Below are positions 23,650-37,195 of a DNA stretch of 64,000 nucleotides, one piece after another. The DNA comes from Trichosphaerium sp. ATCC 40318 (taxonomy: Eukaryota > Protista > Tubulinea): assembly GCA_038496445.1 (NCBI GenBank), contig JALMLS010000122.1, forward strand, positions 1-64,000, given 5' to 3'. Position 1 is the stretch's first letter; each line of letters opens with the position of its first letter. Under the pieces are notes generated by a model, which made no database searches, had not been told where the DNA came from, and was given only the letters and a program-made list of their open reading frames with translations. The position numbers were made by a program, and so were the translations under genes.

Positions 23650-26301
23650 TCAGTAACCGTGGTGATACCCTATTTTATCAAAGAGATCTTTGCACGTTCC
23701 ACTCTTCCAGTCTGAACGGAAACAAATTAGAAAGGAAATGAATGTTTTACTAAAGCTTACTTGTTGTAACAGTTACTTCTGGTGCTTCGAATACTATAGC
23801 TGGTCTCTGACCTTCATTGAATAAAGGCCATTCTGCCTTGACAGGCATGGGTTTGTTTGGGTTACCAGTCCTTATGAAATTGCCCAAATATGTAACCATG
23901 TTCCTACGTAAAATCAATCAACAATTGGTTCTCCATAACAAGAAATTACTCTGTTCGTACTTTGAAAGGGCATCCTCTTCCTTTGTGAATTTAAATCCAG
24001 CGGATGGAATAAGCTCAGCACTATGCTATAGAAACACATAAGAATAGTCAACTATATGAATACGTACAAATAGAATAGGGAGCTCTGCTCCATGACAAAC
24101 GTGACCTCTACAATGAGCATACCTACAAACGCTTACTTTATATTTCAATCAAAAAGATTGCTTTTTAGATTGATAAACAACGATGTCTATCCGTATTTCA
24201 ATCAATAAAAAAAAAGTGCGGATTGATCAACAATATCTAGTAAATGAACGATTTTTGATTGATCCAAAAGCTACAGCATACCGATTGTAAAAAAAATAAA
24301 CACAAAATACAAAAACAAACGTTCAAAACAAAAGAGAAACAGAAATCACGTGTTCTCAAAAGTTCAAATCCAGTTTTATCTGTTTTTCAAGAAAAAAACA
24401 GTGCACGCACCTTGGACCCCACGCGTCGAATGACAGAGCATGATTATACTAAAACACGCTGTTAAGAGTATGTTTTTCAAACTAATTATTACCTCGTAGA
24501 AGTATACTTGACCAGGAGAGCGAGAAGCCAATGTACTTGTTACACTTTGTTGCGAACAAGCAAAAATATAATCAGTACCAAGATTAATAAGTTGTGGTCT
24601 CTTATCTCCTACAACAGGTTCTGGAGGGAAGTACTCTAAAACTCTTAAAGCATCTGATCCAAATATTGCTGTCAAACCACCGACATACTTACAAAGGTAA
24701 GACTTTAACTTTAAGAAAGATAGACGTACATCAACATCACTAACAGAAAAATTCAGAGCCTAATTCTTGTGTTAAAAGGAAAGTTCAAAACGCGCTAGTT
24801 AAACACAACGTAGTACTAGATGTGAGTTGTCTTTGATAAAAATTGATGGGTTGTAGAATACGCGAGGTTCAAAATAAACAAAAGTTAAATGAAAACTGCA
24901 TTACCAAGTAAATAAAAGGAACTGCTTCTTCGCTAACATCACCAATAATAGTTGGAATCTTATGATATTTTCCTGATTGAAACGCATAGTAAGGATCTTC
25001 TGGTAACTCATCCCCATCAACTGAAAGTAAAGTCAGACATGACTTGAAAGAAAAAACCCTTACCGGCAACTGTCCAAGGTAAAAACAACTCAAGAATGTG
25101 AGTCAAGTCATGGTAAACATCCTTTTGAAATTTTACTTCAGCTGCGACAATATCATCAACATGCTTTCCACGCAAACATTCAATATCATCACTACACTTT
25201 AGGTAGTCTAGAAAAGTTACTCCATCCTCCTGAATGCGAGATAATGGCCTTCAACAAAATGTCAGTTCTCATTTAATTCTTAATTGTAAAACTACGACTA
25301 ATCGTACTTCATAGGTAAAGTAGCAGGGTTACTCATGACAATAGCTTTCTGAAATAGTCCTCTAGAGTAAGGGGATACTAAATGGGCAGCTGTTGACGCA
25401 GCACCTGATAGTTAAAGTGAATAAAAAATCAAGAAAGATAAATCATACCTGCACTCTGTCCAGCGAGTGTAATGTCTTGTGGGTTCCCGCCAAACGCTTC
25501 GATATTCTTTGGTTTGATTAAAACAGGATACTAGCATATAAGTGTTACCTTTATAACCCACTGTATCGCAAGTCTTTGATCACGAAATCCGTAATTTCCC
25601 TAATTCTTCTTAATTTTTTTGCACCAACTACAATTATTTTCCATACCTTGAGCGCTTTCTTAGTTGCTATCCATCCTAACGCGCCCAATCTATAATTGGA
25701 GGTCACTACAATAACTCCAGTAGTATTTACAATAAATCTACCATCATAAAGTGCCGACCCAGCTGTGCCCTGATCAAAAAGAACATTACCAAAAACCGCA
25801 AATCAGAGTTCTAAATAAAGCAAAACTCACTTGTTTAAAATCGCCACCAGGTAGCCATATCATCACAGAAGCTTTCTCTTGGATATTCAAAGGTGTATAG
25901 ATGTTTAAATAAAGACAATCTTCGCTCGTAACCTGAGGGCACGTGTCTGTTTGAAGTATTAAAACAAATACGCTTAGAACTAACGCACGTGGAGGTAATA
26001 CACAAGATTGAGGACAACCTGGCCTAAAATACGACGCGTTCCATATTTTTGGTTGCCACGCTATACCAGGTTCTGGATCAGCCCATCTTAGGTCTCCTAC
26101 AGGTGGCTCCGCGAAAGGAATGCCCTAGAAGTGAAATTAAAACAAAACATTCTAATTTGCTTAAAAGCGTACTTTGAACGCTCTATGGGTATCATCGGAC
26201 GTTCCTTCTACTATACCTAACCCTGGTATATTGACGATGTTTGTTGCGTATGATAGAGCAAGAAGTAGCGTAAAGACTACGCTTGATGTTGCCAAACTCA
26301 T
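23650..26301 (-). CDS. Secreted type-B carboxylesterase, multi-exon
   Basis: GIPFAEPPVGDLRW, EDCLYLNI, YRLGALGW, GQSAGA nucleophile elbow and CHGAELP catalytic His. Confidence 0.92.
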
Positions 26302-26816
26302 GTGTGCTCAAGTTTGTTTGTAATATCGAAGGAAATTTCAATCACGTGCCAACTTTGCTCAAACAGTCAACGAGTAAAAGTCTCTATGACCTCTCCTAAA
26401 TAGTCTTAACAACTTGATTAGCTACCACAATGCTAGCATCAATGAAGAAGAACACAGAACAACTGAGTGTCATTGACACGCATTTTGAATATTGTATCAT
26501 TGGACTTTAATTCAGTGTATTTTATGTTTGTACTGAGGAATAGAAAAAGTACAACTTTTTGGTCTTCTTATAAGTCAAGAAGAATGCTTGAAGAGTTTTT
26601 TAGGCTTGGTAATCCAAGGGAAGTCAAACTCAAGCACCACGGCAGCTTACCTAAATAGGAGGTCATCCCCAGTACACAGGTAAAGGCAACAGAACTTCCT
26701 ATTTAATATATCTTGTATTGTACACCTTTTGTCCATAAAAACCCCTTACTCCTCTATTATGCAATCTTTATACTAAGTATCAGTATATTTCGTTTTTTAT
26801 ATGTCTAAGACGATGC

Positions 26817-29106
26817 TTATGTATTCATAGATCGATCCAAAACCTTAAGCATAGCCTCTGTTGTTGTAAACTTTTCTCTCTCTTTTCCTAGTAATTTACC
26901 AGCTTCGATCTCCGCTTCGTCTATTTTCTTCCACTCTTCGAAAGTAACATGATCTTTAGGCAATGTAACGTCACTCTCTTCAGTAGGTTTCTTTATACTA
27001 CCATTGCTTAAGTCTTCAAATATTGATTCAACAGTTCTATCAGCATCAGGAATGTTTGTACCTACAATAGTTAACAAAGGCTAATTCAAGTTACTTCAGA
27101 AATACGACAACACCAACAAGTATCAAATTGAATATGTAATTAACGAACATCAAAGTGGTGTAATGCGATGTAAGGTGTTGAAGAAGTGTACAAGCAAAAA
27201 CAATAATAAACAGGAAACAAAAAGTCTTTCTGAAAAAAACAATAACTTTTCATGTACCTATGATACCGGATGGTCCACGTTTTACCCACCCAGCACAGTA
27301 AAGATTACGTATAGCTTCTTCATTAACATCACCAGTCATACTAGCTTTTACACGACCATAAATATTAGGAATAACGCCTTGTTGTTCGCTGAACGGTACT
27401 CCTTCAATAGGTGTTGACTTATACCTAAAACAGGAAAAAATACAATGTCAATAATGAACCGACTAACTTATATCTCTTAGTCGTACCCAATACTAGTAAA
27501 TATCATATCACATTTGATTTCTTCTTGTTCATCTGTTGCAACAGCTTTTTGGTTTTTTGATGCGCCTTTGACAGGCTCTTTAAATAATGGAAGATTGTTC
27601 ATAATAGGCTTCTCCAGTTTGTTCTTTACTAGTCTAATACCACACACTTTTCCTTCTCTTCCCATAAACTCTAATGGACCTGTTTATGTATAAGTTATAG
27701 ATATAATAGTAAGGTAATAGTGACAAGGAAAGAGAGTCAACGCACTCTTCAAGAAATGTAAATAAAGAGTTTTTTCTGATGGTTTGTTCGAAAGTTGCTT
27801 CTCCAGAACTTTAAACTTTCTCTTTGCGACACGTTCTTCCAAATCCACTTCATCAACGTCTGTTAGAGGTAAAACACCACCATCAATCACTAACATTTGT
27901 GAGACTCCAAACACGTGATAAAACAGAGCACAATACGTAAAAAAAGAAGAAATGAAAAAAATTCTCAAATAATTTACCTGTCGTAACACCCTCAAGACGT
28001 GTCAGTTCACGTAACTCTGCTGTTGTAAATGCAGCCTGCACTGGACCTACAAGGTATGATTAGAACAAACGATACATAGTTGCGATAGTATTGCCAAATC
28101 CAAGTACCCCTACGACCAATCATGTGAATTTCTTTAACATTACTGCTCTTTAGCAACTTTAAAACGTTTGAAGAAATATCAGTTTCTTCTAATTCACTTG
28201 GTTTACGCAATATTATACGTGCTACATCAACAGCAACATTACCGTTTCCAATAATGGCAACAGATTTACCTAGAAGGTTTTTAAGTACCACAACAGAAAA
28301 AAAAAGAAGAAAAAGCCTCAACGCACAATTACTAAGATCGTATGCGTCGGATGCTTCCGGCTGTACATCGAGCAATGCATTGTAATGCTCAACAAAACTC
28401 CTAGCTGAGTGAACCTACAGAAAGATGAGAGTAAGCCAATAATTCCAACTTTTGTTTCAAAAAAAAATCCTAAACAGCCAGAAAAAAAAAGCCTTACACC
28501 GTTTAACTCTTTACCAGGTACATTGAGCACCTTATTGGATGCAGCTCCTGGAGACAGAACGTTAACAGATACATCTAAAACAATAAGAAAGGTACCATAA
28601 GCAAGTACAACGCCATGGTAACGTTTTTGAAGTTCGCTAATTGGCACATCTGTTCCAACACTAACGTTGCCAAAGAACTATTGAAGCCACTAAGAAAATA
28701 GCTTATAAACCCTCTATCGAACGTACTCTTACTCTTGGATTACTGCAAATGGAATCAAACTTGTTTTGAACTGATTTCACTTCAGGGTGATCTGGTGCGA
28801 CACCTGAATATTGTTTTTACAATACCGACGCGTGTGTAAGTACCTGAGCGTACTAAGCCGTAAGGGTTAACGCATTTTTCGTAGATGTCAACTACAGCAT
28901 CTTTATTACGCAAAATACCATCTGCAGTATAAAATCCAGCTGGTCCAGCGCCTGTTAATGAAGTTTTATTAAATAGGCTTCATTGATACTCTCTACGCAC
29001 CTACAATAGCGAATTTGAGCTTTTCTTTACTATTGGTACAATACTGTCGTCTATTACATGCCAGAGATGTATTTACTACCCTGGAGCCTCTCAGTGCGTA
29101 TATCAT
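26817..29106 (-). CDS. FDXR: NADPH:adrenodoxin oxidoreductase (mitochondrial ferredoxin reductase), multi-exon
   Basis: [50 protein letters not shown] and GKEREKF, with an Arg-rich N-terminal presequence. Confidence 0.92.
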
Positions 29107-29324
29107 AATGTAGAGCGAACTAGTAACCGCTGAAACTCATTAATAAGTTCGAAATACTTGAAATTAAATTTTGTTTAAGCCGTTGCAAGTGCATATGACC
29201 GCCAGAAATGCAAATAGCAAGGAAATACAGTTAAAGACGACAGTGAAATCATCTTTGGAAACGCCGAGGGTTCTTGTTGTACAGTTTTGTTTATTTTATT
29301 TCCAGTTTTGCGCAAAAACCAATT

Positions 29325-31216
29325 CTATGCGTGTAGGTACTTCCAAACATCCGTGTCAGAATTAATCAGAGCCACATCTAGTAATTTAGAACCCTATGGA
29401 ACCATTAGAGACAAAATCAGTGCAAAAAACGAGCGTTTAAAAAAAAACAAGAAGAAATTGTGAAAAAAAACTTGTCTGCGTTTCGAACAAGTCTGCACGT
29501 ACAGATAGTGCTAGTTCCTCGTCATGAGGTAAGTTAACCTCTTTATAAAAAGCATTTACAGCTTTTTGAAATGAAGGAGCATTTGTAATAGCTGAATGAC
29601 TTGCTGTATTATCCTCATCTTTATCAACAACCCAAAAATAAACCTTATTATTTTTCGAAAGAGTAGAAACAATTGTAGCCATAGCATCAGCAGAAATAAG
29701 TAAATCATCCTGTCTATGTCCAATAAATATATTCTTATCTTTTATCCTCGACAAGAGCTCCTTTGGATCCTAAAAAACAAGCTTGTAAATACTCAATATT
29801 ATCTCAAGCAAAAACTGAAATGAAACAAGAAAAAAAAAGGAATGTGAAGCTCTTACCTGACAGAGTGATTTATAATTAGGGAACCAAAAAACAAATACGT
29901 TGTATAATATTCTACCACCATAAGGGATCCACGGCAATGAAATTTCAGCCATACTAAGCACGTAAGAAGGAAGAAAAAATTAAAAAAAAAGAAAGATACA
30001 ATCAGACTAAATTAAGTTGCCGTACCGATCCGTCATCTTCTTAGCTGATACAAATGGACATTCAAGAACAAGTGTATCAACAAACTTTGGATTATTCTCA
30101 CCAACAAATCGGAGAATATTCAAGGCACCTCTACAATCACCAGCGAAAACAATACGCGGATCTTTTGCATTATTTGTTTTTGCATTATTTGCTTCTGTAT
30201 CTACTGCAGGTAATATTTGGTCAACGACGTCATTATATACTTTCTTAATAATAGCTTGATCAGGCGCTTGAGCGAAATTAAAGAACCTAAGACCGATAAG
30301 AACAAAACTAAACGAAAAAAGTCCGAAACAAAAAAAAGAAATTGTAAAACGTGTCAATCTCGCTACAACCACGCTTTACGAACCAAATTGAGCGAATAAA
30401 GCAGCTTTAACAGATACACAAAATGTCACTCAAAAAAAAAAACGTGTAACGTGTTAAAAAAACGCGATGATCTCGTAAATGCGTACCTTCGGTGATCTGG
30501 ATAGTCAAATGTGATTACAGATGCAGGGAAGTTGATCACACTATTTCTTATGTACGTATATGCAGCGAATAGTCCGCCACCAATACGAGGCATCGAGCGT
30601 AGGGGATTGTAGTCGTTTCTTGCGTATCCTCTTGAAAAAATGGTGATAACTTTTTCGTTGCTGTCATCACTAAATAAAGTGTAAGAAACGATTATTTGAG
30701 CGTAGAAAATGGCTAGAGAATGTGTGAATTGCTGATTTGATTAAAAAAAGTCGTCAGGTCTTAGTTGCTTACGAAGAAGATATGTTTATGCCTTTATGCA
30801 GTTGCAGTGTTGCTTTTGTTGCTTCCTTGTCGTTCTTGGGGCGTACAAGTAGCTGTGAGGAGCGTTGTAAGTTACCTTGCTGTAGCGCTGTTATAACGTC
30901 GCGAAGCGTATTAGATGATGTTCTAATGTGTCCTTTAACCTCTTGCTGTGTATAAAGTGAGTATTTTGTAAAGAACGTTAAATTATTGCCTTACAATTTT
31001 AGTTTCAGCTTTCTGAGCCGCAAGCGTTATCGCTGGCAAGATTGTAAACGCATTAATGCTATCTTCGTTTATTACAAACCCGTCATCTGGAATACGCCAT
31101 AACTTGGCCGCAGCTAACAGTGCAAACGAATACGTAATAGTCTGAGGTCGCTGAACTGCAAAATGCCTAAACCCTGCAACTAATCTAAAAGATTGTCTGT
31201 GTAGGGCAGATAGCAT
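29325..31216 (-). CDS. Alpha/beta-hydrolase-fold protein with GxCxG elbow, multi-exon
   Basis: VITFDYPD...FNFAQAPD...IVFAGDCRGA...LVLECPF...RQDDLLI...ASHS, with a presequence-like N-terminus. Confidence 0.7.
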
Positions 31217-32748
31217 CGATTACACTCGTAGAGCACTTCTACACTTCTTTTGTAAGTGCGGAGAATTTGTTAACGCTCTATAAGTACCTTTGCAAAACAG
31301 CTGGGTATGTACAACGCTGAGCTCAGCGTTTCAGTGCGAAGCCACTTAACATTGACCTGTTGTGAACTAATTTTCCGTACCACGGAAACTATTACACAAA
31401 CGCGCCAATACAAGATTTGTTCGTTCAGATGCGCTTGTTATACTACATGTCAGGTCTAACTTAACAAGGCGTATCACGTTTTAATTTAACAGACAATAAA
31501 ACGCCAAAAGAAAACTCAACATGCGTAGCCCTCCTTGGAAATGGAGACTTTGTGTCGTTCGCCATATCTCCTTGATTAGGTTTGTGCTAGAACTCGCTGC
31601 TACAGTTTATTGGGATCAATTGGTGTTGTAAGAAGAGAAAGTGAAAAAAAAGGAAAAAAAAAGAAAAAAATTGAAAGAAGAACAAAACGTGATGGCTTGG
31701 AAGAACTGTTTATTAAACAAGAGTCAGAGTTGATTACAAGTGTTGGATCCAGAATATTGTCGAATTTATATTAAAGGTTGTCTGCAATTGGTTTTGAAGC
31801 GAGATGATGATTGTTTGTTGTTTGAGAATATAATGAGAAATTGATTGTATGTATTATTTTGGTTGTCTGAGTATTGTAGTGGCTATTTATGGTGTCTATT
31901 GTATTTTTACAGTTGTTTATTAATGACAAGCTTTCGTATAACCGAGAAACTTGTTCGAGAAAAGATTTCAGAGAAGAAAACATTTTGAAACGCTGTTAAC
32001 ATCTCAAACTCACAATTCAACTCAACAATTACGTGTAACTACATATTTCGTTTTTGATAACGTACACCACCTATTTGACTAGGATTTCTTTCTCAGAAAG
32101 GCATAGACTACTTTCTGAATACCCTGCCAAAAGCAGAACTAGAAACATGCCACGAAGAGTATACTCTTCTAATTAATTATGATACACGTTTCAACCTAGT
32201 TGAATACGTGAAAGCGTTTGTGGTTCTTATAAAGAAGCTGCAAAGCGGCCAGCAGTCAAGTGTAATAGAGAAAACGGATTGAGAGCTAATTATGACGCAC
32301 GCTTCAACATAGTTAGAACGTAGTTTTGTAGTCACCTGTAGCGTGTCTAATTGCCTCAAATATAGCTCAGCTTTGAGTAGGTATGACAGCTTCATACCCA
32401 AGCGTACGTGCTCTTCTTGTAGACGCCGTACCTTACTTTGTCCTATCCTAAGCGAAGTAATAACCTGGAAGCCGTACAAACTGGAACCTGCTATGGTGCT
32501 AGGCACCCAAAGACAATATAAAAGAAAGAAGGAAACTGGCACGAGGTTGATATACTGCCTTTATGATCATCATTTGAAGTCCAGACAAGGCCTACGGTAA
32601 TGTAACTCTTGCTCGTAAAACCGAGTTAGCAGATAGTACAAGTAATCGTTCACGTACACTCCATAGAACGAACTCTTCAGCAGCACAGCTGAATATCATG
32701 ACATGATTGACTGAGTTTGTATTGATGGACGTTGTGTAGTAATAGTAC

Positions 32749-33380
32749 ATAAATAAATGGGTTGCTTAAACCAATGGAAATAACACGCTTCACGTGTTTT
32801 TTTGCAGTATTTGGCAGTCAATATATAATTTACAATCCTTGTGCCGTACAAGCAAATGATTTACGTTGTGAACAAGTATAAAAATAGGTTGCTTAAGCCA
32901 TTGGAAATAAACACGATTCACATGTTTTTTTGTAGTTTTGTAGTTGAACTGAAAAGAAAGAGGAATAGGGTTTAGTTTTACCTCGGTGTTTATTTTTCTA
33001 TGCAGTATTTGGTTTTTCAAATAAAAAAGTGCAACTACTTGGTCGTACAAGTTAATGAACTTACAAGTTTTAGTATACAAAGAATGGTTTATCATTGTGT
33101 TATTTTTCACGTGTAGAAATTTTCTATTAATTCTTTCCGGCTTGATACTGCATAGGTTTTTTATTTACGTGCTGCTCACGCCCTCAGTTTGTACCTTGAT
33201 AGGCTTACCATTTATCACATAAGGGAGCAAGTGTAAAAAAGAACGTGTCAAAAGTTAGCCATCAATGCACATAAGATGACAATCTTGTTTTAATCATCAC
33301 TGTCTGTAATTATACAAGGGTAAGAACAAATTAATCGTACTTTGTAAATTGAGAACCAAATACTGCAAAAAAAAAACGTG
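32749..33380. repeat. Degenerate direct repeats plus an inverted copy
   Basis: GGTTGCTTAA..CCA.TGGAAATAA.CACG at ~32760 and ~32887. CACGTGTTTTTTTGCAGTATTTGG (32791) is mirrored by CCAAATACTGCAAAAAAAAAACGTG (33356). Confidence 0.55.
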
Positions 33381-33546
33381 TTATACTGCAGACGATTTAG
33401 ATTGATTTTAAGTCCTCACGTTACACGTGAATCAGCTACTCAATACTCACTACACAAGACTCAAATAGTAGTAGAATTCTCGTCAGTTTCCATTGAACTT
33501 GTAGTCAAATCACTTTAGTTCTGTAGAAGACGACGAATAGATAAAT

Positions 33547-34548
33547 ATGACTTCCACATCAAAGCTTTGTAGAACTCGAACTGACAGCGCAGCCAGTACG
33601 TTCTCACTGATATGGCTTCCTGTAGAGATAATAGCGCACATCTTACGCCATACCAAATCACGAGCTGCAGCTTGTCAGACATGTCATTTACTTGCTTCTA
33701 TCGTCCATGACATTGTTGGATACTACGCTATTACAATTAGTACTGATGCTCAAGCAAAATTTGCTATAGAGCATCCGGCGATATTAAAAAACACTAAAAT
33801 CACCCTGGCAAGTCGAAGCTTTGATAAACAATTTGCTAGAGTTCGTTCTTTTGGTCGCAGATGTATTTCAGTAACAGATGAAGAGGTTAAAACACTTGCC
33901 GGTGTTCATACTATTGACCTTGCAGATACTAGCGTATCTGATGACGGCATTAAAGCGCTTGCTGGTGTTCATACTATCTTCCTTTCTCGCACTAATGTAA
34001 CAGATGAAGGCGTCAAGGCACTTGAGGGAGTGTATACTATTCACCTAGATAACACCAGAGTAACTGATGAAGGCATTAGCGCACTAGCTGGCGTTCATAC
34101 TATTTACCTAAGAAACACTTCGGTGACTGACGAAGGAGTCAAAGCACTTGCTGGAGTTCATACCATTCAGCTTAGTAACACTTATGTAACTGATGTCGGT
34201 GTTAAAGCGTTGAAAGGCGTTCATACTATTTTCCTTGATAACACTGATGTAACAGACGAAGGCGTGAAAGAACTCGCTGGCGTTCATACCATTAACCTTG
34301 GTTACACTGCTGTAACAGATGAAGGGCTCAGAGCACTTGCTGGCGTCCATAGTATTAACGTCAGTTTCACGAAGGTAACTGATGAAGGTGTTAAGGCACT
34401 AGTCGGAGTTCACACCATTGAGCTTGAAGACACTTACGTAACTGATGAAGGTGTCAAAGCGCTCGTTGGTGTACATAGTATTAAAATTAGTAACACTGAT
34501 GTAACTGTTGCATGTGTTAGAGCGCTGGGAGCGAAATATATATGTTGA
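33547..34548 (+). CDS. F-box + ~10 x 21-aa LRR protein (intronless)
   Basis: LIWLPVEIIAHIL and GVHTIxLxxTxVTDEGVKAL repeats; paralog of 15573-17150. Confidence 0.92.
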   Translation: MTSTSKLCRTRTDSAASTFSLIWLPVEIIAHILRHTKSRAAACQTCHLLASIVHDIVGYYAITISTDAQAKFAIEHPAILKNTKITLASRSFDKQFARVRSFGRRCISVTDEEVKTLAGVHTIDLADTSVSDDGIKALAGVHTIFLSRTNVTDEGVKALEGVYTIHLDNTRVTDEGISALAGVHTIYLRNTSVTDEGVKALAGVHTIQLSNTYVTDVGVKALKGVHTIFLDNTDVTDEGVKELAGVHTINLGYTAVTDEGLRALAGVHSINVSFTKVTDEGVKALVGVHTIELEDTYVTDEGVKALVGVHSIKISNTDVTVACVRALGAKYIC

Positions 34549-36482
34549 TTAAAATAGTTCGTGTTGTTTATTGTTTGTTAGCACTACTTTAATGTATCAA
34601 ATAAATCTTTAATAATTATACAAGCGTGTATCTTCATCCTTGTAAAAAGTGCACGTGTCACGCGTACCTTTCCTTGAACATCTTCAGCGTAATATCTAAA
34701 ATGGTCTAGGTTTATTTGGTCGCTCTTAAATGTACAACGTTCAACCTGTTATGGCTGTCTTGGCTCTACATCAATAAGTTAGTATATGTGAGAAAGGTGG
34801 CCTCTGCGCACTAATACCACGTACTCTGTAGATACCTTCTGGAATACATGAAGGTTAAGAGGTTGAGGGTCACATTGTACGAATTCAAGACGAAAGATCG
34901 CCAAAACTGAAAAATAAGTAAAGTTTGTAGTTTGAAGCAGCGCCTAGAAAATTGTTTTTTATCGAACACGAAGCGTTAAAAAAATACCGTACCTGAAGGA
35001 ACATTATAGCCGTATCGTTATAGTTTCCATCAGTACTGACATGCTCTTTCAATCACTTGGACCGCATAGTTGCTTATCAGGCACCCAAAGCTCGTTGAAA
35101 TTCTTGTTTCAAAATGATAAACAAAATTACTCGTACAAGTTTTTATGCTATGCGGATACTCCCCATCTCTATCGCTGTGAGCCACTCTGTTTTAGTACAA
35201 CATATTATGTCTCTTTGAGTTGTTCACCATCTTCTTACAGTACACATCAACCTACCAGAATATTAATTTTATTTTCTTATTTCACGTAGCAAACAAGCCT
35301 TGCGATTATTGCTTGCCTTGGATTGTTTCTTTAATCTTCCGCCCAATTTGAATTTGAATAACCTCATTGACACGTAAAATTCAGGGTTGTACGCGCAGAG
35401 AATCAGAACTATTGCGCATTTTGGAAGCGTTTCTCGCTTGATTTGTTCTATTGATGTCTGATCTTTAATTCTCCAATCAGACGTGACTTTAGGTGATGTT
35501 CATGTACTGTTAATCCCGCAGAACTAAAGACTTGTTAGATGTTTTGATAAACCAGTGATCGCAAGGAAAACATAGATTGTATATCTCGATTGCGTAGATG
35601 CGTACTTAATAGTTGTTTAAAAAGACGCTACTGTGAGCTTAGAACATACAACTGCAGTACTAGGTTTGAACAGCGCAAAAACCTTCCACCCAGACACTGC
35701 TAAAAAGTATAAAAGGTCAGAGAGTTGTTTGAGCGTAGAAAACGTGAGGGATTGATACTGGAGCAGTGTTTAATTCATACTGTTGTGTTGCTTCTTCGTA
35801 ATTTCGGGCGGTGTGAGTAGATGTTGTCAATTACCGCGCAGTGGTGGTTATCATCACGTTGAGGATACGGTCTATTAACATCGCAATTCAACCTGTAAAA
35901 GTGAACAGCACCAATTTTGTAAAGAAGGATTACAACCTAATTACCTGCTTACAACTTAGTTTGCTGTTTGTGCTGCAGTTATCGTTGGCAAGACTAAAAA
36001 TAATAGCCTTCTTCTTAGTTGACTCGTACATACGAATCATAGTCTACGCCATACTTGCCACCCAATGGAGTATTTAGCTTATCAGTTTTCGTGATCTTGA
36101 CCAGCGCAAACTAACAAATAAACAGCCAAGCTTTAAACCAAAGCAAAAAACTCTCGTTTCATTGTATTGCGACGGTTCAGGATTGGTACGGGGACTGGAA
36201 GAAGCAAGTACGCCATCCACACGTCTAAGCGTTACACGTTTATCTACTTGCAGTTGCTAGGCACAAGAGCTACTGACTGATACTTTTACTGATCAAACGA
36301 GCATTTCCTCGTTACAGGAATTGACTCAGATTATCGACATTTGTAGTTTCTGAATTTGCTGCCGTTTCACAATTTTGATTTGCTAATTCTCCTCAAGTAT
36401 TTTTGAAGAGTAAACACGGTGTATTGGAAAGTTTGGTTGGTCTACGGTGCTGTATAACTGTTTGGAAACCAAAGTATTGCTA

Positions 36483-36721
36483 TTGTGAAGGAAATACTCA
36501 ACAAAAATACGGAAATACTCGCAATCGATACTACTACGCGCGAAGAATCATTATCGGTCATTTATTCAAGTATTCAGTATTTAATCGTCATCAAACAACC
36601 AAATCGCTCGAAGCACTTTGGTACGCTCTCAAATTAGCTCATTTATAACAATCGGATGTATGAAAGGTGAATTTATCCGCAATCCGTATTTTATTTCGTA
36701 TTTTATTTTCCGAAAGTAGAA
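36483..36721. repeat. Dispersed ~235 bp repeat, copy 1
   Basis: Near-identical to 40518-40755. Confidence 0.9.
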
Positions 36722-36907
36722 CTAAATTACTTCACATTTTAATAACACAACCAAAAACTCATGCATTTAATATCGAACGCCCAGAAAGTGTTTAAAATAG
36801 GTTAAAGATGCTGTTTAGATGCATTTGTAAAAAATTAGATAAAACCACAATTATTTTTGATCAAGTATTTGCCAAGTTATAAGAAAATTTGTTGCAATTA
36901 CTAATAG

Positions 36908-37195
36908 ATGAGGACTTGTCCCACAAAAACATCCTCTTATGCTCGGTACTAGACAAACTTGCTCAGCCACCGTCTAGCATTAGTTTGCTAAGAGCCCGAA
37001 TGCAAAGAGTACACGAGCTGGCTAGAGGGCATCGGTATCGCCCTACCAATGCGGTGGGACAAACGGCCAAAGCTTGCTGGTATTAATAACCCAGCTAGCT
37101 TGTGAGTAACTGAGGAACAGTTATCTCAGAAGACGTAGGATGTCGGGGTGGGGTGGCCTGGATCCTGCAGAGCTGAAATGCTCAAACTTTTTTTC
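36908..37195 (+). ncRNA. Candidate structured non-coding RNA (unidentified)
   Basis: GC-rich island with many complementary stems, ending in a T-run. Strand assumed from the T-run. Confidence 0.4.

Noticed and set aside
9562-34548. Endogenous giant virus (MORN and LRR genes)
   Set aside because: No capsid, polymerase or packaging genes, and the genes are interleaved with intron-rich host genes.
34700-36400. Coding-looking stretches on the minus strand
   Set aside because: Stops in all frames and no motif; at most an unidentifiable relic.
37110-37135. CTGAGGA...GAA as a hammerhead ribozyme core
   Set aside because: Stem II and GAAA geometry do not fit; these bases form a simple hairpin.
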